NCBI GenBank assembly: GCA_001779235.1
Contig: MFJN01000020.1
Location: 9,852-47,889 of the forward strand
Length of the DNA: 38,038 nucleotides
Direction of reading: 5' to 3'
DNA from: Candidatus Gottesmanbacteria bacterium RIFCSPHIGHO2_02_FULL_40_13
Lineage (GTDB): Bacteria > Patescibacteriota > Microgenomatia > 2-02-FULL-39-11
Positions 7,454 through 17,805 of the stretch are shown one piece after another (position 1 is the stretch's first letter; each line of letters opens with the position of its first letter). The position numbers and the translations under genes are program-made. Under the pieces are notes generated by a model. It ran no database searches, was not told the DNA's origin, and worked only from the letters and a program-made list of their open reading frames with translations.

Positions 7454-7471
7454 GGAAAAAATGACCGTAAA

Positions 7472-9097
7472 ATGATGAATTTGATAAAAAAAATACATGT
7501 GAGAAACTTTTTATTAGGGGTTTTGTTGGGAATTCTTACCTTAACTTTTAATGTTAAGCCTGCAGCAGCAAACAAAATATCTCGAATTGATCAATTTGCA
7601 GAATTTCTCAAGCTGCTGCCTTTGTCAAGAATAAATTCCAAAATTACTCCCATGCCAAAATTTGGAATATTTAACAGATTTCCGACTATTTTTATTCCGA
7701 GAATAAATATAACCATTACTCCGACACAGACTTTAACTCCTACTCCTACTCCAACACGCACACCCACCCCGACGATAACTCCGACTCCAACTGCGACACT
7801 TACGCCAGCTTTATCACCGACACTGACTTCTACTCCTACCATGACCTTAACTCCAACTCCAACAGTGACAGGATTACCACCACCTGTTGAAACGTCCACG
7901 CCTACTCCGACTACTACCATATCTCCTATTCCCAGCGAGACTCCTACTTCTACATTGACAGTGACACCTACTCCGACGACTCCACCGGCCTCTCCAAATT
8001 TAGTAGCCTATTGGAAGATGGATGAGGGAAGCGGAAGCACGGTAGGAGATATTTCAGGCAATGGCAATGATTTGACGATTATCGGTAATCCATTATGGTC
8101 TGTGAATGTGCCTCCAACAAGCGTTTCTGACTCGTTTTCTCTAGTGTTTGACGGATTGACGTATGGTCAGCTGGTAGATTCACTAAAGAATTCTAATTTT
8201 GATTTTACGACCGGATTCACAATTGAGGCTTGGATCAATCCAACACAAGTCAGTGATTCTGCCATTCTCTCTAAATTTTCCGGATATATGATATGGTTTA
8301 GAAATGGTACCGTTAGTAATTATATCGATGGCAGCCAGGCAGCTGCAACGTCCAATCTGGTTAATGGCTTATGGCATCATGTGGCAATCTCTTGGGACGG
8401 AATAAATCAGGCGGTATATGTGGATGGGGTTAGAGAAGGAGCTTTAGTAGCGCATAGTACGCCTCCCGGTACCGGAGGAAGTTTACTACTAGCCAGCTAT
8501 AATCCTGCCCAATTTAATTTTATCGGCAATATCGATGAAGTAAAGGTATATAATTATGCCAGATCACAGGACGAAATTGATTCTGATGCCGGTATCCCTG
8601 GTTCAGTAGTATTGAATGAAATCATGTGGTCGGGAAGCAACGCTGTGCCTTCAGATGAATGGGTTGAGTTAAAAAACAATACGTCTTCAGCAATAGATCT
8701 CACCAATTGGGGTATCGAAAATTTAGGTGACTCAGCCACGCCAAATATTAATATGACCTCAGGTATTATCCCAGCCAATGGATATTTTTTGATCGCCAAC
8801 AACAGCAAAGATAATTCCGTCATCAATGTTGATCCTGACTTTGAGACCAGTTCCATGGAATTGATAAATACAGGTGAGCAGTTAAACTTGATCAATAATA
8901 AAGGAATATTAGTGGATACTGCAAATGATTCAGGTGTTTGGTTTGCCGGCGACAACGACGTTCCGAAGAAATCAATGTCGAGAAATTCACCTTCCGGCGA
9001 CGGTTCTCTATCTTCAAATTGGCATACATCCACTACCTCGGTTAATCTTGATCCGGGCGCATTAGAGCTTGCCACACCCCAAACTGCGAACGATTGA
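7472..9097 (+). CDS. Secreted protein: PT-repeat linker + LamG/ConA-like domain + lamin tail domain
   Basis: Signal peptide and long TPTPT linker. LamG motifs [12 protein letters not shown]...FTIEAWI...[10 protein letters not shown]...[17 protein letters not shown] motifs VVLNEIMW...DEWVELKN...IDLTNW...TP. Confidence 0.85.
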   Translation: MMNLIKKIHVRNFLLGVLLGILTLTFNVKPAAANKISRIDQFAEFLKLLPLSRINSKITPMPKFGIFNRFPTIFIPRINITITPTQTLTPTPTPTRTPTPTITPTPTATLTPALSPTLTSTPTMTLTPTPTVTGLPPPVETSTPTPTTTISPIPSETPTSTLTVTPTPTTPPASPNLVAYWKMDEGSGSTVGDISGNGNDLTIIGNPLWSVNVPPTSVSDSFSLVFDGLTYGQLVDSLKNSNFDFTTGFTIEAWINPTQVSDSAILSKFSGYMIWFRNGTVSNYIDGSQAAATSNLVNGLWHHVAISWDGINQAVYVDGVREGALVAHSTPPGTGGSLLLASYNPAQFNFIGNIDEVKVYNYARSQDEIDSDAGIPGSVVLNEIMWSGSNAVPSDEWVELKNNTSSAIDLTNWGIENLGDSATPNINMTSGIIPANGYFLIANNSKDNSVINVDPDFETSSMELINTGEQLNLINNKGILVDTANDSGVWFAGDNDVPKKSMSRNSPSGDGSLSSNWHTSTTSVNLDPGALELATPQTAND

Positions 9098-9171
9098 TGA
9101 ATCTTTTTGAGATGAGACCAGCATTTCTTCCTTGATAAGTCAGGCTATTTTTGCCACAATGGATGAGTATT

Positions 9172-10086
9172 ATGTTTTTCAAAAAACTTTCCCAAGCACT
9201 TGTATATTATTTTTATCCTCATGAAGGCAATAACTTCAAGGCGAAAATTTTGCACCACCAGTATCTCTTCGGTTTTATAGTTTTATTATCTTTTTATCAA
9301 ATCCTTTTCCCATTATATAAAAGGTCTCATCCGGAGATACTGGGTTTTGCCAAAGATATCACGATTGACAGGATTTTAGTACTGGTCAACGAAGAGCGCG
9401 GTAAAGAAAATTTGTCTCCCTTAACTTTAAATCCTGAACTGACCATAGCCGCCGCTAAAAAAGGGACTGATATGTTTGGCAAAAATTACTGGGCTCATAT
9501 TTCTCCAACAGGTACGACTCCATGGCAGTTTATTACTGATTCCGGTTACCAATATGCGTATGCAGGTGAAAATCTGGCCAAAAGTTTCAACACCTCTGAA
9601 GAGGTGGTCAACGCCTGGATAAACTCTCCAACTCACCGGGCGAATATTATGAAAAAAGAATATACGGATATAGGACTGGCGATCATGAATGGCAGTTTGA
9701 ACGGAGAAGAAACTACTCTTGTTGTGCAGGAATTCGGAGCCCGAACCTCAACCGCCCAGGCAAATTCTAAATTAGTTTCAGCTAAGGCGAAGATTTCGCC
9801 AACAGTGGCAGTCGATATTAATCCGTTTTTAGCCGGAAATTCGCCCCTGACAAATGATAATCCTGATAAACTGTCGGCAGGTTCTCTTCTCAACTCCGTT
9901 TCCAAAATGCAGAAAACTATCTCGTTAATTGTAGCCGAGATGATGCTGGTAGCTTTGTTTATTGACAGTATCTATATCTGGAAACATCAGATTCTACGGG
10001 TCAGCGGCCATAATTTTGCTCATCTGGTTTTTTTTGCCGCATTGCTTATTGCGATGGGTGCAACAGGGATAGGTGTTATTCTATAA
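9172..10086 (+). CDS. CAP (SCP-like) domain membrane protein
   Basis: VNEER...L..AA..K..DM...YWAH...AGENLA...WINSPTHRANI. One N-terminal and two C-terminal TMs. Confidence 0.88.
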   Translation: MFFKKLSQALVYYFYPHEGNNFKAKILHHQYLFGFIVLLSFYQILFPLYKRSHPEILGFAKDITIDRILVLVNEERGKENLSPLTLNPELTIAAAKKGTDMFGKNYWAHISPTGTTPWQFITDSGYQYAYAGENLAKSFNTSEEVVNAWINSPTHRANIMKKEYTDIGLAIMNGSLNGEETTLVVQEFGARTSTAQANSKLVSAKAKISPTVAVDINPFLAGNSPLTNDNPDKLSAGSLLNSVSKMQKTISLIVAEMMLVALFIDSIYIWKHQILRVSGHNFAHLVFFAALLIAMGATGIGVIL

Positions 10087-10101
10087 TAAGATATCTAAGG
10101 C

Positions 10102-10359
10102 ATGATAAAGGCAATACATAAATACATATATTTTCTGACGCTTTTTCTTTTTTTAGCATTGTCTATATGGCTTTTTTATCTCTTGGCAGGATTTCCCGAT
10201 AAGCAGTTTGCTCTGATTATACTCGGTGCGATTTTCTATTTTGTTTGGGGTGTGGTACGTCATCTTATAAAAGGTGATTTTCACCTCAAAATTATGTTAG
10301 AATATCTACTTATTGCCATATTGGCTGTAATATTATTGAAAGGAGCAATTTTTCCATAA
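10102..10359 (+). CDS. Small 3-TM membrane protein
   Basis: Three hydrophobic segments with YFVWG..H and LEY motifs. Abuts rmlA. Confidence 0.65.
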   Translation: MIKAIHKYIYFLTLFLFLALSIWLFYLLAGFPDKQFALIILGAIFYFVWGVVRHLIKGDFHLKIMLEYLLIAILAVILLKGAIFP

Positions 10360-10360
10360 A

Positions 10361-11092
10361 ATGAAAGGCGTAATTTTAGCAGGAGGATTAGGGACAAGGC
10401 TTTATCCGTTGACATATACGACCAATAAGCATTTGCTTCCGATTTTCGATAAGCCGATGATTTTTTATCCTATCTCCACACTGGTGCAGGCGGGAATAAA
10501 AGAAATATTAGTAATTGTGAGTGGCCCACACGCGGGACATTTTATAGGGGTTTTAAAAAACGGTAAGGAGCTTGGAGTAGAACATCTGGAATTTGCCTAT
10601 CAGGAAAAGCCGGACGGAGGTATTGCCGATGCTTTGCTTTTGGCTGAGGATTTTGCAGATAACAGCGAAATCTGCGTTATTTTGGGGGATAATACCACTG
10701 ATGCCAAAATTAAAGACAGTATTGATAGTTTTCGAGACGGATCTTTGTTATTTTTTAAAAAAATTGAAGATCCAGAGAGCCTACGCAGATTTGGGGTGGC
10801 AGTTTTCGATAAGGACAATAAACTCATTAAGATCGAGGAAAAACCAAAAAATCCCCAAAGCCAACTTGTAGCGACCGGTTTATACGTCTATGATAATAAG
10901 GTGTTTGAATACATCCGTAAGTGCAGCCCTTCATGGAGGAAGGAGATTGAGATTACCGATGTTAATAATCACTATATTGCCAAAGGCAAAGCAAACTGGA
11001 TCAATCTTTCCGGGTTCTGGTCCGATACTGGAACGTTTGAAACTTTATTTTTAGCCAATAGTTACTGGGCAAAAAAACATGAAAACAGATAA
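10361..11092 (+). CDS. rmlA: Glucose-1-phosphate thymidylyltransferase (short SpsI/RmlA type)
   Basis: GVILAGGLGTRLYPLT...NKHLLPIFDKPMI, LGDN, EEKP, EITD; rml context. Confidence 0.9.
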   Translation: MKGVILAGGLGTRLYPLTYTTNKHLLPIFDKPMIFYPISTLVQAGIKEILVIVSGPHAGHFIGVLKNGKELGVEHLEFAYQEKPDGGIADALLLAEDFADNSEICVILGDNTTDAKIKDSIDSFRDGSLLFFKKIEDPESLRRFGVAVFDKDNKLIKIEEKPKNPQSQLVATGLYVYDNKVFEYIRKCSPSWRKEIEITDVNNHYIAKGKANWINLSGFWSDTGTFETLFLANSYWAKKHENR

Positions 11093-11546
11093 CACGGTTG
11101 ATTTGATAAACGGAGTCGTACTGAAGCAATTACAGAGAAACCATGATGAGAGAGGATTCTTTGAAGAACTTATTCGGGTTACCGACGAATTTTTCCAGGA
11201 AGGGTTTGGACAGTTATCCCACTCATTTATGATAAACGGGGTGATTAAAGCATGGCATATACACAAAACCCAGATTGACTGGTGGTATGCGGCAAAAGGA
11301 ACGTTAAAAGTAGCTTTATTCGATATGCGAGAAGAGATGCCTACCTATAAGAAATTAAACGAGTTCACCCTGGGAGAGAACGGATTAAATGTAGTTCTGA
11401 AGATTCCGTCGGGGGTAGCCCACGGATGTAAAGCGGTAGGCGGGTCAGAATTATTTTACGCTACTTCCAAAATCTACAATACCGCAGAAGAAGGCAGAAT
11501 CCCTCATGATGACAAGGCGATTGGATATGACTGGCTTAAATATTGA
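11079..11546 (+). CDS. rmlC: dTDP-4-dehydrorhamnose 3,5-epimerase family
   Basis: DERGFFEE, KAWHIH and IPSGVAHG cupin motifs. Confidence 0.88.
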   Translation: MKTDNTVDLINGVVLKQLQRNHDERGFFEELIRVTDEFFQEGFGQLSHSFMINGVIKAWHIHKTQIDWWYAAKGTLKVALFDMREEMPTYKKLNEFTLGENGLNVVLKIPSGVAHGCKAVGGSELFYATSKIYNTAEEGRIPHDDKAIGYDWLKY

Positions 11547-11563
11547 AAAGTTTTTTACCATTT

Positions 11564-12535
11564 ATGAAATTATTAATTACAGGCGGAGCAGGTTTTATCG
11601 GCAGCAATTTTATTATTTACTGGCTCAAAAAATATCCAGCAGATAAAATTATTAATCTGGATAAACTGACATACGCGGGTAATCTGGATAATCTTACTGC
11701 CATTTCCCAAAATCCCAACTATAAGCTGGTAAAGGGCGATATCTGCGATAAAAAAATCGTTGACCTCATATTAAAAGACGGAATGGATATAGTCGTAAAT
11801 TTTGCTGCGGAAAGCCATGTTGACCGTTCACTTCTTCATCCAGCCGAATTTATTCAGACCAATATCGTAGGAACCCATGTTCTTTTAGAATCGTCACTCC
11901 ACCACGGAGTAAAACATTTCCATCATATTTCTACCGATGAAGTTTTCGGTTCGTTAGATTTGGGAGATTTAACCCGATTTAACGAAAATTCTTCCTATCA
12001 CCCAAACAGTCCCTATTCTGCCAGTAAGGCCGCGGCCGATCATCTGGTTGGCTCTTATTTTTCGAGCTACAATCTGCCGATTACCATAACTAATTGTTCC
12101 AATAATTACGGACCATACCAGCACCCTGAAAAACTTATTCCTTTATGTATCACCAATATTTTGACAGGCAAGAAAGTACCGGTTTACGGGGATGGAAAAA
12201 ACATACGGGATTGGTTGTTTGTGGAAGATCATTGTCAGGCAATTGATTTGGTGATTAAAAACGGAAATATAGGGGAAACATACTGCATCGGAGGAATGAC
12301 CAAAAATATAAGCAACCTCGAGATTGTCCGAAAAATAATTGCCCTGTTAAATGCTGATGAAGAGATAATACAAATGGTGCCTGATAGACCGGGCCATGAC
12401 AGAAAATATGCCGTCGATTGGTCAAAAATTAAAGTGACTCTTGGTTGGCGACCGGTGAAAGACTTTGACGAATGGTTGGAATTTACGGTTGATTGGTATC
12501 AAAAAAACACCGGTTGGTGGAAAAAACTGATATGA
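11564..12535 (+). CDS. rmlB: dTDP-glucose 4,6-dehydratase
   Basis: TGGAGFIGSN, DKLTYAGN, AAESHVDRS, STDEVFG, YSASK, NNYGPYQHPEK, DRPGHD. Confidence 0.95.
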   Translation: MKLLITGGAGFIGSNFIIYWLKKYPADKIINLDKLTYAGNLDNLTAISQNPNYKLVKGDICDKKIVDLILKDGMDIVVNFAAESHVDRSLLHPAEFIQTNIVGTHVLLESSLHHGVKHFHHISTDEVFGSLDLGDLTRFNENSSYHPNSPYSASKAAADHLVGSYFSSYNLPITITNCSNNYGPYQHPEKLIPLCITNILTGKKVPVYGDGKNIRDWLFVEDHCQAIDLVIKNGNIGETYCIGGMTKNISNLEIVRKIIALLNADEEIIQMVPDRPGHDRKYAVDWSKIKVTLGWRPVKDFDEWLEFTVDWYQKNTGWWKKLI

Positions 12536-13413
12536 AACCACAGATTTTAGCGACAGGTATTTCAGGATTGGTTGGGACAAGAGTACAGGAATTATTACAG
12601 GATAAATTCGAATTCACAGATTTGAGTTTAGCGACAGGCGTTGATGTTACCAATTATGAAGATTTAGAAAACCACATCAGAAATTCACCGGCAAAGATTA
12701 TCCTTCATATGGCTGCCAAGACTGATGTGGACGGTTGCGAAGATGACAAAATATTTGGCGAAGAAGGAAAAGCTTGGGTTATAAATGTGACCGGAACAGA
12801 GAATATAGTCAAAATTGCAGAAAAATGCGGAAAAAAAGTCATCTATATTTCGACAGATTTCGTTTTTGACGGAACCCGGGACAGTTACAGTGAGGATGAT
12901 GAAGCAAATCCTCTCAACTGGTACGCGGTGACTAAACATGAAGCAGAAAAACTGGTTCTGGAATATTCTAATTCCTGCGTGATACGCATCGCCTATCCCT
13001 ACAGATCAACATTTTCTGCCAAAAAAGATTTCGTGAGAAGAATTTTAGATAAAATGGAACACAAGGAAACCGTGATTGCAATTACTGATCATATCATCAC
13101 GCCAACTTTTATAGATGATATTGCAAAGGGTCTTGGGGAGTTTTTAAACAAAGATTTAAACGGTATATATCATCTGGTAGGCGATCAGAGTGTGAGTGTA
13201 TACGACGCAGTAGGGATGATTGCTGCCGAGTTTAATTATACCGATATTGATGTCAGGTCCGTAACCCGTGCAGTCTATTTTAAAGAGAGAGCTTTCCGAC
13301 CTTTTAAATTAGTATTGAAAAATGATAAAATAAAAAAACTCGGAATGAGCATGTGCGGCTTTGATCAGGGTTTGAAAATAATCCGACAACAAATGTTATC
13401 AGCCCGGATTTAA
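12532..13413 (+). CDS. rmlD: dTDP-4-dehydrorhamnose reductase
   Basis: TGISGLVG, AAKTDVDGCE, ISTDFVFDG, YAVTK. ATG 12532 overlaps the rmlB stop. Confidence 0.88.
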   Translation: MKPQILATGISGLVGTRVQELLQDKFEFTDLSLATGVDVTNYEDLENHIRNSPAKIILHMAAKTDVDGCEDDKIFGEEGKAWVINVTGTENIVKIAEKCGKKVIYISTDFVFDGTRDSYSEDDEANPLNWYAVTKHEAEKLVLEYSNSCVIRIAYPYRSTFSAKKDFVRRILDKMEHKETVIAITDHIITPTFIDDIAKGLGEFLNKDLNGIYHLVGDQSVSVYDAVGMIAAEFNYTDIDVRSVTRAVYFKERAFRPFKLVLKNDKIKKLGMSMCGFDQGLKIIRQQMLSARI

Positions 13414-13418
13414 ATTTT

Positions 13419-14708
13419 ATGGAAATAGCTTTTATCGGTCATGGTTACGTTGGACTTGTGACAGCCGCGGTATTTGCCGGCCTTGGAAATACCGTTTGGG
13501 TTGTGGGGCACACTAAAGAGAAAATTGAAAATCTGAAAAAAGGGATTACCCCATTTTTTGAACCTGGACTTGCAGAAATGGTTAGCCATAATTTGAAAGC
13601 CGAAAGGCTTAAGTTTACTCTGGATTATCAAGATGCAACCACATCCTCAAAAATAATTTTCATTTGTGTCGGTACTCCGCCGCAGGAAAACGGTGAAGCA
13701 GATTTAAGTTCTGTGAGACAAGCAGCCGCAGAGCTTGGACGAAATCTCAAAAAATACGCAGTAATCGTCACTAAAAGCACCGTTCCGGTAGGTACCAATC
13801 GTGAAGTTGAAAAAATCATCAAGAAGTTTATTGCTAAAGGGGTGAAATTCGACATCGCTTCCTGTCCGGAATTTCTTCGGGAAGGAAGTGCGATTTCAGA
13901 TACCTTGCATCCTGACAGGATTGTGATTGGCGCAGATTCATCTCAAGCACGTGATTTACTTCTTGATCTTCATAAATCCATTAATGGTGAAAGGGTTGTA
14001 ACCTCAATTGAAACTGCAGAAATGATAAAGTATGCCAACAACGCATTACTTTCTACAAAAATTTCTTTTGCCAATGCAATGTCTTTTATTTGTGATGCGG
14101 TACATGCTGATGTGGAGATTGTTCTGAAAGCTGTGGGTATGGATAACAGATTAGGCAGAGCTTTTCTTTATCCCGGGGTAGGGTATGGTGGCAGTTGTTT
14201 CCCCAAAGATGTCAAGGCACTGATAGCAATTGCCAAAAAACATAAATATAATTTCAAGCTGCTGCAGGCGGTGAATGAGATTAATAAAGAGGCAAAAGAT
14301 AAATTTATAGGAAAAGTCAGTGATGAACTCTCGCCTTTGAAAGGGAAAGTACTTGCCGTTTGGGGGTTGTCATTCAAACCAAATACTGATGATATGCGGG
14401 AAGCCCCTTCAACCTATATTCTGGAAAAACTGCAAAAAATGGGGGCTTTAATACAAGCTTATGATCCCGAGGCAATGCCAAATGCTTCCAGAATTTTACC
14501 AAAGATTAAGTATTGTGATAATCCGATTCAAACAGCCGGGAAAGCTGACGCAATCCTCGTTCTGACTGAATGGAACGAATTCAAACAGATCGATTTAAGA
14601 AAAATTAGAAAAGTCACCCGCGGAAATCTCTTTTTCGACGGACGCAATATCTATGATCCCGAAAAAGTCAGAATGGCGGGGTTTATTTATAAAGGCATCG
14701 GAAGATAA
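13419..14708 (+). CDS. ugd: UDP-glucose 6-dehydrogenase
   Basis: GHGYVG, CVGTP, KSTVPVGT, PEFLREG, GYGGSCFPKD, FKPNTDDMREAP. Confidence 0.93.
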   Translation: MEIAFIGHGYVGLVTAAVFAGLGNTVWVVGHTKEKIENLKKGITPFFEPGLAEMVSHNLKAERLKFTLDYQDATTSSKIIFICVGTPPQENGEADLSSVRQAAAELGRNLKKYAVIVTKSTVPVGTNREVEKIIKKFIAKGVKFDIASCPEFLREGSAISDTLHPDRIVIGADSSQARDLLLDLHKSINGERVVTSIETAEMIKYANNALLSTKISFANAMSFICDAVHADVEIVLKAVGMDNRLGRAFLYPGVGYGGSCFPKDVKALIAIAKKHKYNFKLLQAVNEINKEAKDKFIGKVSDELSPLKGKVLAVWGLSFKPNTDDMREAPSTYILEKLQKMGALIQAYDPEAMPNASRILPKIKYCDNPIQTAGKADAILVLTEWNEFKQIDLRKIRKVTRGNLFFDGRNIYDPEKVRMAGFIYKGIGR

Positions 14709-14714
14709 AAGGAG

Positions 14715-15686
14715 ATGGAAATGACAGTATTAAAGAAAAAAGCATTGATTACAGGTATAACCGGATTTGCAGGCAGTCATCTGGCAGAGCTTCTTCTTCA
14801 GGAACAGGTGGAAGTGCACGGCATCCAAAGATGGAGATCTAAAAGCGATAATATAAATCAAATCAGAGATAAAATTACCTTTCACGAAGCCGATTTACTC
14901 GATGCCCATTCTCTTTATAAAGTTATAGATGAAGTCAAACCCAATTATATCTTTCATCTGGCGGCACAGTCATATGTGCAGTCATCCTGGGCCTCTCCAT
15001 CCAATACTTTGGAAGTGAATATAATAGGCACCGTTCATCTTTTTGAAGCAGTGAGAAACAGTAACCTTGAGATTCCTATTCAGATTGCCTGTTCATCAGA
15101 GGAATACGGAAAGGTACTCAAAGACGAACTGCCTATAAACGAAAATAATCCGTTGAGGCCGTTATCTCCTTATGCTGTTTCCAAGTTGGCAATGGATTAT
15201 CTGGGTTATCAGTATTATGAAAGTTACGGTTTAAAAGTTATTAGAACCCGGGGTTTTAATCATACGGGTCCCCGGAGAGGTGATGTTTTTTCAGAATCTA
15301 CTTTTGCCAAGCAGATTGCCGAAATTGAAAAAGGACTGCACGAACCGATAGTTTATGTAGGCAATCTGGACGCAGTCAGAGATTATACGGATGTCCGGGA
15401 TATGGTGAAAGCTTATTATATAGCTGTAAAAAAATGCGAACCGGGTGAAGCATATAATATAGCAACAGGCGCAGGTTGGAAGATCAAAGATGTATTAAAT
15501 TTACTCCTTTCCCTGAGTAAGGTTAAGATAAAGATAGTTCCTGATAAAGACAGGATGAGGCCTTCAGATGTAGAGGTGTTAATAGGAGACTCTTCCAAAT
15601 TCAGGAAAAAAACAGGCTGGAAACCGGAAATCCCTTTTGAAAAAACCATGGAAGACTTGTTAAACTATTGGAGAGAAAAAGTTTAA
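14715..15686 (+). CDS. GDP-mannose 4,6-dehydratase family SDR (Rmd-like GDP-keto-deoxymannose reductase possible)
   Basis: ITGITGFAGSHL, HLAAQSYV, SSEEYG, SPYAVSK, FNHTGP, GNLDAVRD, RPSDV. Confidence 0.75.
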   Translation: MEMTVLKKKALITGITGFAGSHLAELLLQEQVEVHGIQRWRSKSDNINQIRDKITFHEADLLDAHSLYKVIDEVKPNYIFHLAAQSYVQSSWASPSNTLEVNIIGTVHLFEAVRNSNLEIPIQIACSSEEYGKVLKDELPINENNPLRPLSPYAVSKLAMDYLGYQYYESYGLKVIRTRGFNHTGPRRGDVFSESTFAKQIAEIEKGLHEPIVYVGNLDAVRDYTDVRDMVKAYYIAVKKCEPGEAYNIATGAGWKIKDVLNLLLSLSKVKIKIVPDKDRMRPSDVEVLIGDSSKFRKKTGWKPEIPFEKTMEDLLNYWREKV

Positions 15687-15712
15687 GGGCGGTAAATTTC
15701 CGGTAATGACTA

Positions 15713-16675
15713 ATGATGAAAACCGACATAAAATGTCTAATTACGGGAGGTGCAGGATTTATTGGTTCGCATCTGTGCGACAGCATGATTTCCAAAGGAT
15801 ACGAAGTCTACTGTTTGGATAATCTGTCAACAGGAGACAGGCGAAATATAGCTCATTTATTATCCCATAAAAATTTCCATTTCAGTAAGTTGGATCTGAC
15901 TTCTCCGCTTCCGGCAGACTTTACAGATAATTTTAATAAACTCGATTTTATTTACCATTTAGCTTCTCCGGCCAGCCCGCCGCATTACCAGCGGCTAGCT
16001 ATAGAAACACTAATGGTAAATTCATACGGGACTTATCAAATTCTGAATTTAGCCAAAAAATTCAACTCCAGATTTTTATTAGCCTCAACTTCAGAAGTGT
16101 ACGGAGATCCGTTAGTGCATCCGCAAAAAGAATCATACTATGGTAACGTCAATCCGCATGGTGTCAGGGCCTGTTATGACGAAGCTAAAAGGTTTGCCGA
16201 AGCAATAACCATGGAATACTATCGGAAATTCAGGTTGGACGCTAGGATTTCGCGGATTTTTAATACCTATGGACCTAGAATGTCGGTAACTGACGGCCGG
16301 GTTATCTCTAATTTCATCACTCAAGCTTTGTCAGGTAAAAAGCTGACCATTTATGGAGACGGTATGCAAACCAGATCGTTTAGTTATATTTCAGATTTGA
16401 TAGACGGACTGATTAAATTCATGGAGATACCGGATTTACAGTCAGAGGTTATAAATTTAGGATATCCCGAAGAACATACCGTTAACGAAATAGCACATAG
16501 TATACAGAATCTGACAAAAACTAAAAATGAAATAGTTTATCTGGAGAAGAAATCAGATGATCCGGTACGCAGAAAACCTGATATTACCAAGGCTAAAAAA
16601 TTATTAAACTGGCAGCCTCATACAGGTCTTCATCATGGTTTACTCGAGACAATCGCCTATTTTCAAAACTTATGA
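15713..16675 (+). CDS. uxs: UDP-glucuronate decarboxylase (UDP-xylose synthase)
   Basis: HLASPASP, ASTSEVYGDP, GNVNP, CYDEAKR, RIFNTYGPRM, DGRVISNF, DDP.RR.PDI. Confidence 0.88.
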   Translation: MMKTDIKCLITGGAGFIGSHLCDSMISKGYEVYCLDNLSTGDRRNIAHLLSHKNFHFSKLDLTSPLPADFTDNFNKLDFIYHLASPASPPHYQRLAIETLMVNSYGTYQILNLAKKFNSRFLLASTSEVYGDPLVHPQKESYYGNVNPHGVRACYDEAKRFAEAITMEYYRKFRLDARISRIFNTYGPRMSVTDGRVISNFITQALSGKKLTIYGDGMQTRSFSYISDLIDGLIKFMEIPDLQSEVINLGYPEEHTVNEIAHSIQNLTKTKNEIVYLEKKSDDPVRRKPDITKAKKLLNWQPHTGLHHGLLETIAYFQNL

Positions 16676-17805
16676 AAATAGCCCACATTATTCCAACCTA
16701 TAACGAAAAAGAAAATATCGCCAAGATGATTGATATTATTAATTCAATCACAGAGCGTCATTCTACGTGGACGAGTGATATAATCGTGGTTGATGACTAT
16801 TCACCTGACGGAACATCTTCTATTGTAAAAAAGCTGCAGAAAAAATATAAAAATGTATTTCTCTTATCCAAAAAAAAAGAAGGACTGGGGAAAGCTCTTA
16901 TTAAGGGATACGATTATGCAGTAAAAACGTTGCATGCAGACGTCGTTATCCCTAATGATGCTGATTTTCAATGGAATCCGGAAGATTTTCCTAAACTGAT
17001 AGAAAGAATTGAAAATGGATTTGATGTCGTGGTTGCTTCGCGCCATGTAAAAGGCGGCAAGGTAATCGGCTGGAATTGGTTTCGAAATTTAAATCACAAC
17101 GTATCCAACACATTACTTGCCTGGTGGGTGGCCGGAGTGCATGAGGTTAAAGATCATGCCGGTAACTTTAAAGCCATCAGAGTGAAAGGAGTGCTGGATA
17201 AAGTACGTTTGCAAAATATGAAAAATGCCGGATTTTCTTTCCAACTCCATATTCTGTATGAGCTGTCTAAAACAGGAGCACGGTTTTACGAAGTACCCGT
17301 AACATTTAAAGAAAGGGAATACGGCAAATCTAAGATTGGCTTCAATAAATATTATTTACGGGACATTGTGGAATATATTAAAAGCAGTCTTCTTATCCGC
17401 TATGACAGATCGCGGGTTTTTTCAAAATATTTCCTTGTGGGGGCAGTAGGTTTTATCCTGCAGACTTTGATTTCCAAACTGATAATCACAGGCCGTATAA
17501 ATCCCGGTTTAGCTGTTGCCATCGGCGCCGAAGGAGCAATAATTTCTAACTTTACCCTGAATAATTATTGGACTTTTTCGCACAAAAAAATTAACGGCAT
17601 CAGATTATTATCCAAATTTTTACAATTCAATTTGGCTTCAGCAGGTGCTATATTAATTCAAGGCTTTGCAGTTGGTACGGGAACTTATGTTTATGGCAAT
17701 CAAACCTGGTTTATTTTTATGGTTTTATCTATAGTCTTATTGGTGATTCCTTACAGCTATTTTATCTACAATAATTTTATCTGGAAATCTCCGAAAAACA
17801 AGTGA
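16672..17805 (+). CDS. DPM1-like GT2 fused to a GtrA-like domain
   Basis: IPTYNE, VDDYSPDGT, DADF, F.ER..G.SK, plus a C-terminal 4-TM segment with NFTLNNYWTF. Confidence 0.85.
   Translation: MKIAHIIPTYNEKENIAKMIDIINSITERHSTWTSDIIVVDDYSPDGTSSIVKKLQKKYKNVFLLSKKKEGLGKALIKGYDYAVKTLHADVVIPNDADFQWNPEDFPKLIERIENGFDVVVASRHVKGGKVIGWNWFRNLNHNVSNTLLAWWVAGVHEVKDHAGNFKAIRVKGVLDKVRLQNMKNAGFSFQLHILYELSKTGARFYEVPVTFKEREYGKSKIGFNKYYLRDIVEYIKSSLLIRYDRSRVFSKYFLVGAVGFILQTLISKLIITGRINPGLAVAIGAEGAIISNFTLNNYWTFSHKKINGIRLLSKFLQFNLASAGAILIQGFAVGTGTYVYGNQTWFIFMVLSIVLLVIPYSYFIYNNFIWKSPKNK

Noticed and set aside
7591-7920. Minus-strand Val/Gly-rich ORF and similar shadow ORFs (e.g. 3865, 6267, 8554)
   Set aside because: Antisense or out-of-frame by-products of low-complexity real genes.
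7714-7986. Tandem ACN-CCN repeats as a CRISPR array or VNTR
   Set aside because: Synonymously varied codons of a Thr-Pro linker; no repeat-spacer structure.
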